Shown here piece by piece: positions 1-9,084 of a stretch of DNA of 64,000 nucleotides. Origin of the DNA: an uncultured virus (IMG/VR IMGVR_UViG_3300042861_002315) (Duplodnaviria > Heunggongvirae > Uroviricota > Caudoviricetes); IMG/VR virus record IMGVR_UViG_3300042861_002315; one strand, given 5' to 3'. A model generated the notes under the pieces. That model saw nothing but the letters and a program-made list of their open reading frames with translations, searched no databases and was not told the DNA's origin. The position numbers and the translations under genes were made by a program. Each line of letters opens with the position of its first letter. The stretch's first letter is position 1.

Positions 1-3000
1 CGAGGTGTAAACGCGATACCCAATAGCATTTTTAAGCTTTTGCCATTCCGCCACAAATCCTTTTTCTGCCTTAACTCTATTGGACGCTACAACTGGTGAT
101 TCTAATGCTGAATTTGTAGTAACTGAAATACTGGTCACATCACCTACTAAAGCGTTATCAAATCCATCTATCTTTTTGGAAAAGTCACTCGTATTCGAGA
201 TGTCTACTACATAGTCCGTAGCTCCTTCAACCTCACTCCAGCTAATATCGAAAGAAGTGGGTGTAACATCAGATGCAGGACTTGCAATAGGAGCAGAAAG
301 AGAGAATGTGGTCAATGAGGATAAATAGATATAGAACTCTATGCAATAGTCCTGATTGGCGCTCAGTGGCTGCTGAAGCGTGGCAACAATACTGGAACCT
401 TGACCATTAAACCTCATAGACTTCAATAAGCCTGTAGGATACTCATCTGCGACTACATCGACATTGTTTACTGCAAGTGCGACATCATACTGGCTCTCAT
501 CGACAATATTTGTTCCTGTGGGCTGAAGGAGGAGTAGCGTTTGGTTATAGTACGGGTCGGGTAAGTAGGCAGGAACCACAGCAGTCCTAGTCAACGTGTT
601 GGAGGTTTGATTAGGCGTTCCAGTTGCAGAGTTGACAACATTAGCCAAAACTGCTAAGCTAAAATCTCCATTTTCAATAGCTTGGACTTCAAATGTATAC
701 ACATTGTTATTACTTGCTTTTATTAATCCTCCTACAACACAGTTAGTGAGAGTGAGGGCATCAAGCCCGAACGTTGGAGCAGCTTTATTAAGTGTAGCTG
801 TTGCGTAAAGCTTGTAGCTATTGTCGTTAGGTTGAGTAGTGGATAAAACAATAGTAAAATCGCTATTTTCAATAAATACTGAAGTTCCATTAGTAGTATT
901 ACTAAAATCCTTATTAGGCAAACTTGGCTCATCGTGAATGGCAATATTAAAATACACTTGCTGGTCAATCGTTTCATCTACTAGTAACGTAGCCACATAA
1001 GTGTTGTAGATTGTGTTAGTAACAGTTGCTTCTTGCCCTAGAATCGTCACTACAGGTAATTGAGTGAGATTAATGATGCTATTGAAGGTAAGTGATATTG
1101 TATTACCATTAATAGCTTTATTCGGTACATTGTTATCCGATACTATTGAAATATAGTCAAGCAGTTCGCTAACATCGAGAATATTTGTAACTGTACTATA
1201 AGGAATCAAAGGCACATCATGTTGGTAGGCTGTATAAAGTGCCTTTCCTACTGTTAGCCGTACATTCGACAGAAAATAAGGTGCTTGGGTAACGCGATTT
1301 TCGTAATAACCTACTTTGAGCGTTCCACTGGAAATATTGATGATTGTTGATGATTGTACAAGCCCAATACGAACTCCATTGCGGTAGAAGCGATAAATAT
1401 TTCCTTTCTTAGTGATTGCAAAGTGGGGAAACTTCTGCTGCAAAGTGTATGCACCATTTTCGTATGCAGGATAAATCGGTGTAGCTCCTGAAAAGATGTC
1501 AGACTCACGCAAAACAATTGTTGAGAATAAGTTTGTAGCTTGGTCGATGCTGCGAACTATCTGAATATTTCCATTCACAGCCAGAATTGCAAAGCCTGTA
1601 CCTGCTTTCTCGACAGAAAAGAGATGTGTTGTGTTCTGGGGGCTAAAAGTATTGCCCCGATAATGAAACTCAATAGTCCAATCACCATTCATCACCAAAG
1701 AAGAGCCTTGACCAATCGCCTCAAAGTTCTCATACGTTAATCCAGACTGCTCTAATTGAGGCACTACGGCAAGAGATGAACTTGTACCTATAGGAAACGT
1801 GGTCGAAGAGAAAAGTGTGTTGTTGGGGATAATTTCGTCGAGCTGGTACGCATTAGGAGAAACATCGTAGAATGTGGTCGATAAATCGAGTGGCAACTGC
1901 AAGATTGGGAAAGATTCTGCATAAACTCGCGCCAACAGATTGCTTTTTGAGGAGCTTATGTCTCCGTCAGTGATACCAGCACCTTCAAGTGCTTGAACAT
2001 ACACCACACCTTGTTTTTCGGGCGTAACATTGAATTGGTAAGTCTGTTTGATTTCATCGATAAGAATCAGGTTAGAAAGGACTCCATTACTTACCCCAAC
2101 TTTAGTGCTATCGAATGTCTCGATAGCTGCATTCCAAGTTAAGGTACAAGTAAAGGTTTCGTTGATATAAGGGCTTGAGCCACTAGTAATTGTAGGTATA
2201 GGGGCGTTTTTATTAATAACGTAAAATTGACCTTGGAAACTTAGTTCACCAGTGTAGTTTGATATAAGTGTAGGGACACCTTTATATCTCACTGTTCTCC
2301 TATCTACAAAATTAAGTCCTAACTTACCATTTCCAGTACCAGTAGCAGCCGTAACAACATATTCCAGCTCATTGTTCTTAACAAGCGAAACAAGCGAAGC
2401 ACCAGATACACCTTCTATCTGAGTAAGGCTGAAATCTGCCAGAACTAGGTTATCAACTGCTTGCGCCACATATACATACCATTGAGCAGTTCCAGTACTG
2501 ATAGACGGATTATTTATAGTTGGAACAATGGAAAGAATACGCGCTTTTGGATGCGTGATAACTCCTGTAGTTAGTGGTAGTGGCTGAAGACAGTGTTCAT
2601 AGAAATAATCATTAGGGACAGTAGTACTAACAAATCTAGCAGCATTGGTCACGCGCAAACCCTTAACACCAACACTACGCTTGGAAGATGCAATAGAAGA
2701 TACCCAAGGAGTATATAGACTTCCAAAACTTAGCTCTAACTTGTCAGTTTCTTGATACAAAGTGCCAGAATATGCAACTGTCTTAACATTTACACCGTTT
2801 ACATAGAAGTACAAGTTATTTTCTGACCTAGCCACTGCGATATGTGTGTTAGGCTCGGCAAATGGGGAAGCAATAGCCGTAGTGCTGGTTGTAATGTTAG
2901 AAGTGATGCCCGAATTATTGTAGAAAACAATATCTGAGCTGGGCAGAAAGTAGTTTGAGGTTGGGGAAGTTGGATTCACTCTATTATTTGTTTCAGAACC

Positions 3001-4392
3001 AAAACTACGCCAAGTTGTACCATCCTCACTAACACTAAAACTCAGATAAGGTGCAGTTCTCGCAAAACTACCTTGACCCGCAAAATCAGCATAAAAGTTA
3101 AAATCAATACTAGCAACCAGCTTACCGTTGGATGTCAGCTTGAGTAGATTAACCTTTTCAACCCCTTCAGTATTTGATAGATTGCTTGCCAACCAATTTT
3201 CTAACGTTTTAGCCGAGGTAATTGGCGCACCATTCTCAAACAATCCTAAATAAAGTTCTAAAGTCCATTCAGAAGTAGAAAGATTGTCCGCTACTTGCTC
3301 AGACACATAGACAGTATTTCCATCAAGTTCTAAGAATCCTGTATTGAGGTTTGGGGTATCTTTTCGCAGTTCAGGACTAGCTAGGCGTTTTAAGTTGGAG
3401 GCGTAGTTGTATGCATCAAATTGGAGAGGGAAGTTAAAGAGAGTGTCAGCATAACTGGGGTCAATACGGTTTGCTACTGTATTTTTTGGAAATGGTAAAG
3501 CAGCAGAGTAAAAAGTTGAAGGATATCGTGCAATTCCTTTGGTAATGCGGAAATTACTGATTCCACCGCTAAAGCTACTATCAATTAAATTATCTTGCTC
3601 TGAACTGAAGAAATCGTTATGAAAAGGGCTAGCACCTAAAAATAGCCTAAAATTTTTGGTGTCTTGATTATTGGAGGCAGAAAAAGAGAGATTCTTTGTA
3701 AAACTGACGCTGTTTGTTTGTGTAAAATTTAAGAAGCATCTTAAAGTATTTCCTGTTCTTTGAATTGCAACAGAGTAAAATTGGTTTGGCAATAAGGCAG
3801 CCTCATTGACTTTTATATTATCTCCTTTTGCGGAAAAATACAAATCGTTATTAACAAGAAATAGTCCGTAGCCACCATTAAATTGTAAAGTGGGTGGGAC
3901 AGCAGGAGTAGCACCATTCCACTGCAAGCAGCTATTTACAGAAAAGATAGTTTGTATTGGTACTATATTGTCAGTAAAAAAGGATAGCTCTATTGTGAAG
4001 TCGTTTGTATCAAGACTAAAACCATCTTCCCAACCACTAAGTTGCACATCTGCATAAGTAGGATTAACAAATGATACATTTTGACCTATATTAAGCTCTG
4101 CGGCGCGATTGATTCGGTTAAGGTAGTTTGGTATATAAAGGCAAGAAGTTACGCCAGCAAGACTTGGTATGTCGCTTGTAGGGTAGTTTATTGCAGATTC
4201 GGTGTTTGTGCCAATGTAATTTTTAACGTGGCGTTGGTAGCGCGAGTAATCGCGACTGAAAGGTAGCCCTCGACTGTTATCGTTTGGGTTGCCTGAGATG
4301 AGCAAGATAACATCATTGAAATATACGTCCTCGACCACAGAGTTAGTGGCATCGGCGCTTGCTAAGTATTTTGCGAGAGTCTTTCCTTCCAT
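1..4392 (-). CDS. Large tail fibre/adhesin-like virion protein, LamG-like plus FN3/Ig-like domains (3' end beyond window, >1460 aa)
   Basis: Absent from ORF track, consistent with no stop in the window. Manual translation from ATG 4392 gives MEGKTLAKYLASADATNSVVEDVYFNDVILL...DFTIELSF (LamG-type start). The same frame near 300-1 reads ...DVTPTSFDISWSEVEGATDYVVDIS... (FN3-like). Frame spot-checked, not read codon by codon. Confidence 0.8.
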   Translation of the reverse strand, partial: MEGKTLAKYLASADATNSVVEDVYFNDVILLISGNPNDNSRGLPFSRDYSRYQRHVKNYIGTNTESAINYPTSDIPSLAGVTSCLYIPNYLNRINRAAELNIGQNVSFVNPTYADVQLSGWEDGFSLDTNDFTIELSFFTDNIVPIQTIFSVNSCLQWNGATPAVPPTLQFNGGYGLFLVNNDLYFSAKGDNIKVNEAALLPNQFYSVAIQRTGNTLRCFLNFTQTNSVSFTKNLSFSASNNQDTKNFRLFLGASPFHNDFFSSEQDNLIDSSFSGGISNFRITKGIARYPSTFYSAALPFPKNTVANRIDPSYADTLFNFPLQFDAYNYASNLKRLASPELRKDTPNLNTGFLELDGNTVYVSEQVADNLSTSEWTLELYLGLFENGAPITSAKTLENWLASNLSNTEGVEKVNLLKLTSNGKLVASIDFNFYADFAGQGSFARTAPYLSFSVSEDGTTWRSFGSETNNRVNPTSPTSNYFLPSSDIVFYNNSGITSNITTSTTAIASPFAEPNTHIAVARSENNLYFYVNGVNVKTVAYSGTLYQETDKLELSFGSLYTPWVSSIASSKRSVGVKGLRVTNAARFVSTTVPNDYFYEHCLQPLPLTTGVITHPKARILSIVPTINNPSISTGTAQWYVYVAQAVDNLVLADFSLTQIEGVSGASLVSLVKNNELEYVVTAATGTGNGKLGLNFVDRRTVRYKGVPTLISNYTGELSFQGQFYVINKNAPIPTITSGSSPYINETFTCTLTWNAAIETFDSTKVGVSNGVLSNLILIDEIKQTYQFNVTPEKQGVVYVQALEGAGITDGDISSSKSNLLARVYAESFPILQLPLDLSTTFYDVSPNAYQLDEIIPNNTLFSSTTFPIGTSSSLAVVPQLEQSGLTYENFEAIGQGSSLVMNGDWTIEFHYRGNTFSPQNTTHLFSVEKAGTGFAILAVNGNIQIVRSIDQATNLFSTIVLRESDIFSGATPIYPAYENGAYTLQQKFPHFAITKKGNIYRFYRNGVRIGLVQSSTIINISSGTLKVGYYENRVTQAPYFLSNVRLTVGKALYTAYQHDVPLIPYSTVTNILDVSELLDYISIVSDNNVPNKAINGNTISLTFNSIINLTQLPVVTILGQEATVTNTIYNTYVATLLVDETIDQQVYFNIAIHDEPSLPNKDFSNTTNGTSVFIENSDFTIVLSTTQPNDNSYKLYATATLNKAAPTFGLDALTLTNCVVGGLIKASNNNVYTFEVQAIENGDFSLAVLANVVNSATGTPNQTSNTLTRTAVVPAYLPDPYYNQTLLLLQPTGTNIVDESQYDVALAVNNVDVVADEYPTGLLKSMRFNGQGSSIVATLQQPLSANQDYCIEFYIYLSSLTTFSLSAPIASPASDVTPTSFDISWSEVEGATDYVVDISNTSDFSKKIDGFDNALVGDVTSISVTTNSALESPVVASNRVKAEKGFVAEWQKLKNAIGYRVYTS

Positions 4393-4432
4393 CGTTCCCT
4401 ACCTTCCTTTTCTGTCTGCGAACGCCAGTGAG

Positions 4433-6043
4433 CTACCCTGCATCAGTAGTAGCAATCTTACCACGCTTCTTTACTATTCCAGCACTATCTTTCCGAGCTG
4501 AAAAAAGGATGATGTCAGACTTCCCATTCCCAGAAAGTATGGGAGTTGTTCCGCTAGGGAATAAAATACTACTGTCAAACGCCACTGCACCTGTATTCTG
4601 CACTAATTCGACTATGAGTGCCTTAGTTTGGTTATTAACTAACGTAGCAGTAAAATTGATGTTGGTAATAGTGTTGCTGATATCAGTTGGAGGGCACTTC
4701 AGAATCAAATAGTCGTAATCAGCATCAAGGTCAATTGTATAGTTCGTCGGTGAGTTAATTGTCACTGTGTTGGTCTTAATTTGGTCGCCAAGAGCCGTTA
4801 TCACTTCGTTAGATAGTTTCGCTAGTCCAACACTTCCATCGGGCAGTGCGGGGTCAAAAATTACCCACCTACCAGTTGTCGGATTAGTGTTAGGAATAAG
4901 AACTGTGTCGCCATTGTCGGACGCAGTGGATGCTGCATCGAACCTATAAGGTCTGTTGACCGAATTGACCAGTCGTACTTGTCCAGACTTGTATTGCACC
5001 GAGTTAAGGCTCTTCAGAGCCGCAATGTTGTCCACTGGCGCGTCCCAGAAAAGAAGGTCTTGTAAGAGGGAGTAGTTGACCAGCTTGGGGTAGATACTGA
5101 TGAAACTTTGTGCCGATACTCCGTCTAGAAGTTGAGACGTAGGCGACACTTCTATTACTACAGCCGAACCGTTGGGGATGCCCTTGTTGAATGAAATATC
5201 TAGTGTTGGGTACTCTTGGATTACTCCGAGGTTATCGATTCCAGTCGTATCCAAAACGAATGAAGTGAGATTGATGTAACCGATTATCTTGACACCAAAT
5301 ACGAGCCTGATAGCTGGGTCAGAGGTATATTCGCTTAAATTGAGGCGCAAGCCCGTCAAAGTACCGCCAGTGTCGTTCACAATCCAGTATTTGATAGGGA
5401 CTGGTATGGAATTGATATTTTCGAGGGGAGCAACAAGTAATGTGTCTTGGTCAGCACTGATTACGTCAATTTCGGCTAATGAAGTAGTTTCGTAGAGGCT
5501 TGCTTCGCGAGTTTTTAGCCATCTTCCCGCCACATGGTTCAACACGGTTACGTTATCAACAGGGGCGACAGACCCGACCTCAAATTCGTAGCAAAAACCA
5601 TTTCCGTTGAGTAAAACCCTGAAGCCTGTTAATAGACCTGTGAGGGCGCTGATGTCTGCGGGGTTAGAATAGCTCGTCGGACTGTTTAAAGTGGCGTTAG
5701 TCGTAATTACTACGTCAGCAGGAGTGATTGGGGTAATGTAGTCTGCGGCAAAGTGATTGAAACGGTAGATAATACGGCTTGTGGCATAATCGTTTGTGGT
5801 GCTGACGCTGATGAGGGTTTCGTGGATGTCTTCATATTGCAAAGTTACAAAATTGCTTGCGTCGATTGTTACGCTACCGTTTGCTCCTACAACAAGAGAT
5901 TTTACGGGTGACGGGCTAGTATACCCAGCACGATTTCTGCGAACCAACCAGAAAAAATAAGTATTGGCTGCGATGCTCCCACCCGTTGAAGCGGTGATGG
6001 TCGGTACAGGAGGAGTTTTCGATGCTGCGTAGGTCGTTTTCAT
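4433..6043 (-). CDS. Tail fibre/spike attachment structural protein (536 aa)
   Basis: Contains tailspike N-terminal-like segment DNIAALKSL...YRFDAASTASDNGDTVLIP...GRWV. C-terminal QNTG...LSGNGKSDII segment is shared with 44443-46290. Confidence 0.65.
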   Translation of the reverse strand: MKTTYAASKTPPVPTITASTGGSIAANTYFFWLVRRNRAGYTSPSPVKSLVVGANGSVTIDASNFVTLQYEDIHETLISVSTTNDYATSRIIYRFNHFAADYITPITPADVVITTNATLNSPTSYSNPADISALTGLLTGFRVLLNGNGFCYEFEVGSVAPVDNVTVLNHVAGRWLKTREASLYETTSLAEIDVISADQDTLLVAPLENINSIPVPIKYWIVNDTGGTLTGLRLNLSEYTSDPAIRLVFGVKIIGYINLTSFVLDTTGIDNLGVIQEYPTLDISFNKGIPNGSAVVIEVSPTSQLLDGVSAQSFISIYPKLVNYSLLQDLLFWDAPVDNIAALKSLNSVQYKSGQVRLVNSVNRPYRFDAASTASDNGDTVLIPNTNPTTGRWVIFDPALPDGSVGLAKLSNEVITALGDQIKTNTVTINSPTNYTIDLDADYDYLILKCPPTDISNTITNINFTATLVNNQTKALIVELVQNTGAVAFDSSILFPSGTTPILSGNGKSDIILFSARKDSAGIVKKRGKIATTDAG

Positions 6044-6046
6044 TAT

Positions 6047-6637
6047 TTAGTATGGCAGTCTAGGGGTAGGAAATTTCAAAGTAGAATAGGACATATCCAC
6101 AGGCTCCTCCATCATACCGCCATAACCCTTATAAGGGTCTTTACGATAGCCAAGATATCCTGTAGAGCTTGCCGCAGTGTCTTTAGTTCTTCTGATGTCT
6201 GTGAAATCATCCCTATTTAATTTTTTTACTTGCAATTCTTTACTAGGCTCTACAAAATCGTATCTAGAAGAAGTGTCCTCAGAATTTTTCAGTTTTCTAT
6301 TCACAGGGGGCAATCCAGACTCTCGCCTCATTTGCCTTCTATTTTCCCCTCTCGTAATATAAGGAAAAGCATCTTCATAATCAAAAAAGACATCTTTATC
6401 TTGTATATCAGGGTTTTCAGTGTAGAAATCTCTTTTTCTGCCAGTATTTCTAGTATTTTTTATATTCTGGTTTACGCTTCGCTTAGTTTCTCCAGCTACT
6501 ACATTTTTTAATTCGGCTGAAGAAGTCTCTTGTGCTAATGACCCTAAAGAACCTCTATTGCCAGATTTTATTTCATTTAAGCGCTTTAGTTGCTTATTAG
6601 CTTGCTTAACGTACCCAAAATTTGCGAAGTGTTGCAT
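6047..6637 (-). CDS. Basic hydrophilic protein with MQHFANF leader; putative internal head protein
   Basis: 196-aa ORF starting MQHFANFG; leader shared with 7417 and 50248. Confidence 0.6.
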   Translation of the reverse strand: MQHFANFGYVKQANKQLKRLNEIKSGNRGSLGSLAQETSSAELKNVVAGETKRSVNQNIKNTRNTGRKRDFYTENPDIQDKDVFFDYEDAFPYITRGENRRQMRRESGLPPVNRKLKNSEDTSSRYDFVEPSKELQVKKLNRDDFTDIRRTKDTAASSTGYLGYRKDPYKGYGGMMEEPVDMSYSTLKFPTPRLPY

Positions 6638-6641
6638 AGTT

Positions 6642-6812
6642 TTATCTAAGAGTGTTGGTATTTGTAACTACAGGAGAGATTGGCAACGTAATGCTTTCAC
6701 TGCCTTGCGTAATAACTATTTTATCTCCAAAAGTCTGTACTCTGGGAATTGCATTTTGAAATCCTTGCTTGATGTCGGCTAAGGCTTGTGTGTAATCGAT
6801 GTCTTGAGTCAT
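6642..6812 (-). CDS. Small hypothetical protein (56 aa, MTQDIDYTQALADIKQGF...)
   Basis: Manual translation; fills the gap between neighbours, ATG overlaps the upstream stop. Confidence 0.55.
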   Translation of the reverse strand: MTQDIDYTQALADIKQGFQNAIPRVQTFGDKIVITQGSESITLPISPVVTNTNTLR

Positions 6813-7417
6813 TAGTTTATTGTACCCCCTCTCATGTCATAGCGATTTACGCCCCTATTCCCGATAGAACCGTCAGCTTTTTTATGTATAATTCTGGGGT
6901 CTTCGATTCTTTTTTGTATAATTTCTTTTGTTCTCGGATTGCCAGCATTATAAGGCTGCCTAAAGGTTTCTAGGCTATTATCGATAACAGGCGTATTTTT
7001 CCTTACATTTCTAATATAAGAACCTTCAGCATCATTCAATTTACTTTTAACGTATTCATAAGGAGATTGACTAGCTAAACTTTGCTTATTTTTATTGACT
7101 GCACCTCTATACCACTCATCATAAGCTGCTTCGCTTCTAGGCTCTAATGGAGCATTTTGTGGTCGGGCATTGTAAGGTTTGACCATATTTCCTTTTCTGC
7201 CCCTATAAATCTTAGTAACTTTATTTGGGTTATTTATAGGTGAAAAGTCTTGTTGCATGAATGGGTCGCCCATTACAGCCTCTCTCTCAGCTAAGATATT
7301 TGAGATTTTTGGTCTTTGATATCCTTCAAGCAAGTTTTGACGTTTAAGTTGCTTGTTTTGCTGTTTAATTATACCGAAATCGGCATCCAGCGAGCCAAAG
7401 TGAGCAAAGTGTTGCAT
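6812..7417 (-). CDS. Basic hydrophilic protein with MQHFAHF...DADF leader; putative internal head protein
   Basis: Likely start ATG 7417 (MQHFAHFGSLDADFGIIKQQNKQLKR), matching the start of 6047-6637 (MQHFANFGYVKQANKQLKR). Confidence 0.6.
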   Translation of the reverse strand: MQHFAHFGSLDADFGIIKQQNKQLKRQNLLEGYQRPKISNILAEREAVMGDPFMQQDFSPINNPNKVTKIYRGRKGNMVKPYNARPQNAPLEPRSEAAYDEWYRGAVNKNKQSLASQSPYEYVKSKLNDAEGSYIRNVRKNTPVIDNSLETFRQPYNAGNPRTKEIIQKRIEDPRIIHKKADGSIGNRGVNRYDMRGGTIN

Positions 7418-7730
7418 AGTAGAAATTTTGAGTATAGTTCTAGTATAACTCAGTCGCCGTTGGGCTAAAGAGGAGATTGTACGAGAAGACGATGCTGATA
7501 CTATGAAAATCATATAATTATACGAGTGGTTGCTCAAAACCCTTAGTTTTTCGTTACGGCAAGACTTAATATCTTGTCAAACGTGTAAAGACTTATATAG
7601 GTCAGACTCTGTACAAGCCAACCAGAGAAAGAGTTTCTTGTAAATATCATTTTTGTTACAATGCAGTATTTATATTGGTGTTATATTGTGTGCTATATTT
7701 AATATATGAGCGAAACAAATAAAAAATATA

Positions 7731-8438
7731 ATGCAAATCAACTCTAGTTTAGTCTATAATCTTCAAAACGAATACAAGAAAAAGCCTGTGAACCACGAAA
7801 CAGCCGTACCTATACTATGCGAATTGATGGCTGTAGATGCAGAAGCTGAGGTAGTGAATCTTCAAGATTTTTATGTGAAGCTTTCTAACTTCCTAGAGTT
7901 ATTTTCTAAGAAGTACGCCTCTGATGTTGAAAAAGCCAATCAATCTGAAACAACAAAATTTATAAAAGCTAATAAGCTGGCTGTTCTCTTACAGAATAAT
8001 CCGTATTTACTGGAAGAGTTTGATGTAATAGAGGACGAGATTGCAGACACTATTAAAATCTCTTGGAGAGGTAAAACTGACAAACCTACTGTATTCAGAG
8101 GCTATGACTATCTGAGAATTGAGTTAAGACGGTTTATAGGCAATGCGGAGTTTGATAATTCTGCTATTGCCAGAGCCATCACTCAAGCTAAAAACTACCA
8201 AAGGTACGATAGAGAGTTTTTAGAATGCAATACTCTCCACTCTTTAATTATTGAAAAAGCCTATGCTTTAATAGCTTCCCACCCCAACAAGAAAAAAATC
8301 ACTATCCCAGAATTGAAAAAGACTATTTCATCTACCGAAATTTCTAGTAAAGAAGCGGAAGAGGTATTACTCAATGCTGGGTGGGAAATTTTTAAATCTG
8401 GTACTTGCCCAACCAAATTCTTTAGACCTAAATATTAA
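7731..8438 (+). CDS. Hypothetical protein, paralog of 52229-52918
   Basis: Shares NKLA..L.NN.YLL, YDYLR.EL..FIG..EFDNS.IARAI.QAKNY and AGWE..KSG.C.TKFFRP.Y with 52229-52918. Confidence 0.75.
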   Translation: MQINSSLVYNLQNEYKKKPVNHETAVPILCELMAVDAEAEVVNLQDFYVKLSNFLELFSKKYASDVEKANQSETTKFIKANKLAVLLQNNPYLLEEFDVIEDEIADTIKISWRGKTDKPTVFRGYDYLRIELRRFIGNAEFDNSAIARAITQAKNYQRYDREFLECNTLHSLIIEKAYALIASHPNKKKITIPELKKTISSTEISSKEAEEVLLNAGWEIFKSGTCPTKFFRPKY

Positions 8439-8441
8439 ACT

Positions 8442-8750
8442 ATGACTGAACCAATTAAATGGCACGAAGCAGAAAACAACAACGAGTTTCTCACATTTGA
8501 AAATGTAGACAAAATGATGAAAAGCTACAATCCAACAGAGTTCAGGCAGCAATATTTGAATGAGCCAGACCCTAGTGAGCCTCCTTGTATTTCATCGGAA
8601 GCTTTCGACAAAGCAAAAGAAACTTGGATGACAAGGACTGATGAGTGTAGACGAGGCAAGACGAGAGAAATTTTTAATGTGTTGTTCGACAAATCACTTG
8701 ACTACGCCTACCAACTATCCAAACAAAGTCGTGTAAAAAATCATGACTAG
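8442..8750 (+). CDS. Hypothetical protein (102 aa)
   Basis: ORF tightly coupled in a plus-strand triplet. Confidence 0.6.
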   Translation: MTEPIKWHEAENNNEFLTFENVDKMMKSYNPTEFRQQYLNEPDPSEPPCISSEAFDKAKETWMTRTDECRRGKTREIFNVLFDKSLDYAYQLSKQSRVKNHD

Positions 8751-9084
8751 AATCACACCTCCATTATCAGAATGCACTCTCGAAGACTGCGGTGCTTACG
8801 AGCGCTTTCAAGTAAATAAAGCTCAAATTTGGCATCGCTATTACAATGATGGAAATATTATTTGGGTTCCTGCGTTTGAAAATCTCGATGATTTTGATAA
8901 GCACGTTCTATCGGCGTTTGGTAACTCTCATTACTGGTACAGTGTAAAAGAAGGTATCTGGTACACAAAGAGTCATTCTATGTTAAAAGGGTTGCAACCA
9001 GTTGTAGAAACTTGGTATCAAGGCTACCTAAAGTCCAGAGCCATTACTGCTAACCCAACGTCCCATACCGTAAGGCACTCCTGA
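8743..9084 (+). CDS. Hypothetical protein (113 aa)
   Basis: ORF overlapping the previous stop. Confidence 0.55.
   Translation: MTRITPPLSECTLEDCGAYERFQVNKAQIWHRYYNDGNIIWVPAFENLDDFDKHVLSAFGNSHYWYSVKEGIWYTKSHSMLKGLQPVVETWYQGYLKSRAITANPTSHTVRHS

Noticed and set aside
4392..4435. Readthrough or frameshift joining the 536-aa protein to the LamG fibre gene
   Set aside because: Frames differ, the downstream frame has a TAG just before its ATG, and there is a purine-rich RBS
8442..8750. FRQQYLNEP as a terminase fragment
   Set aside because: Only a nine-residue resemblance with no other terminase motifs
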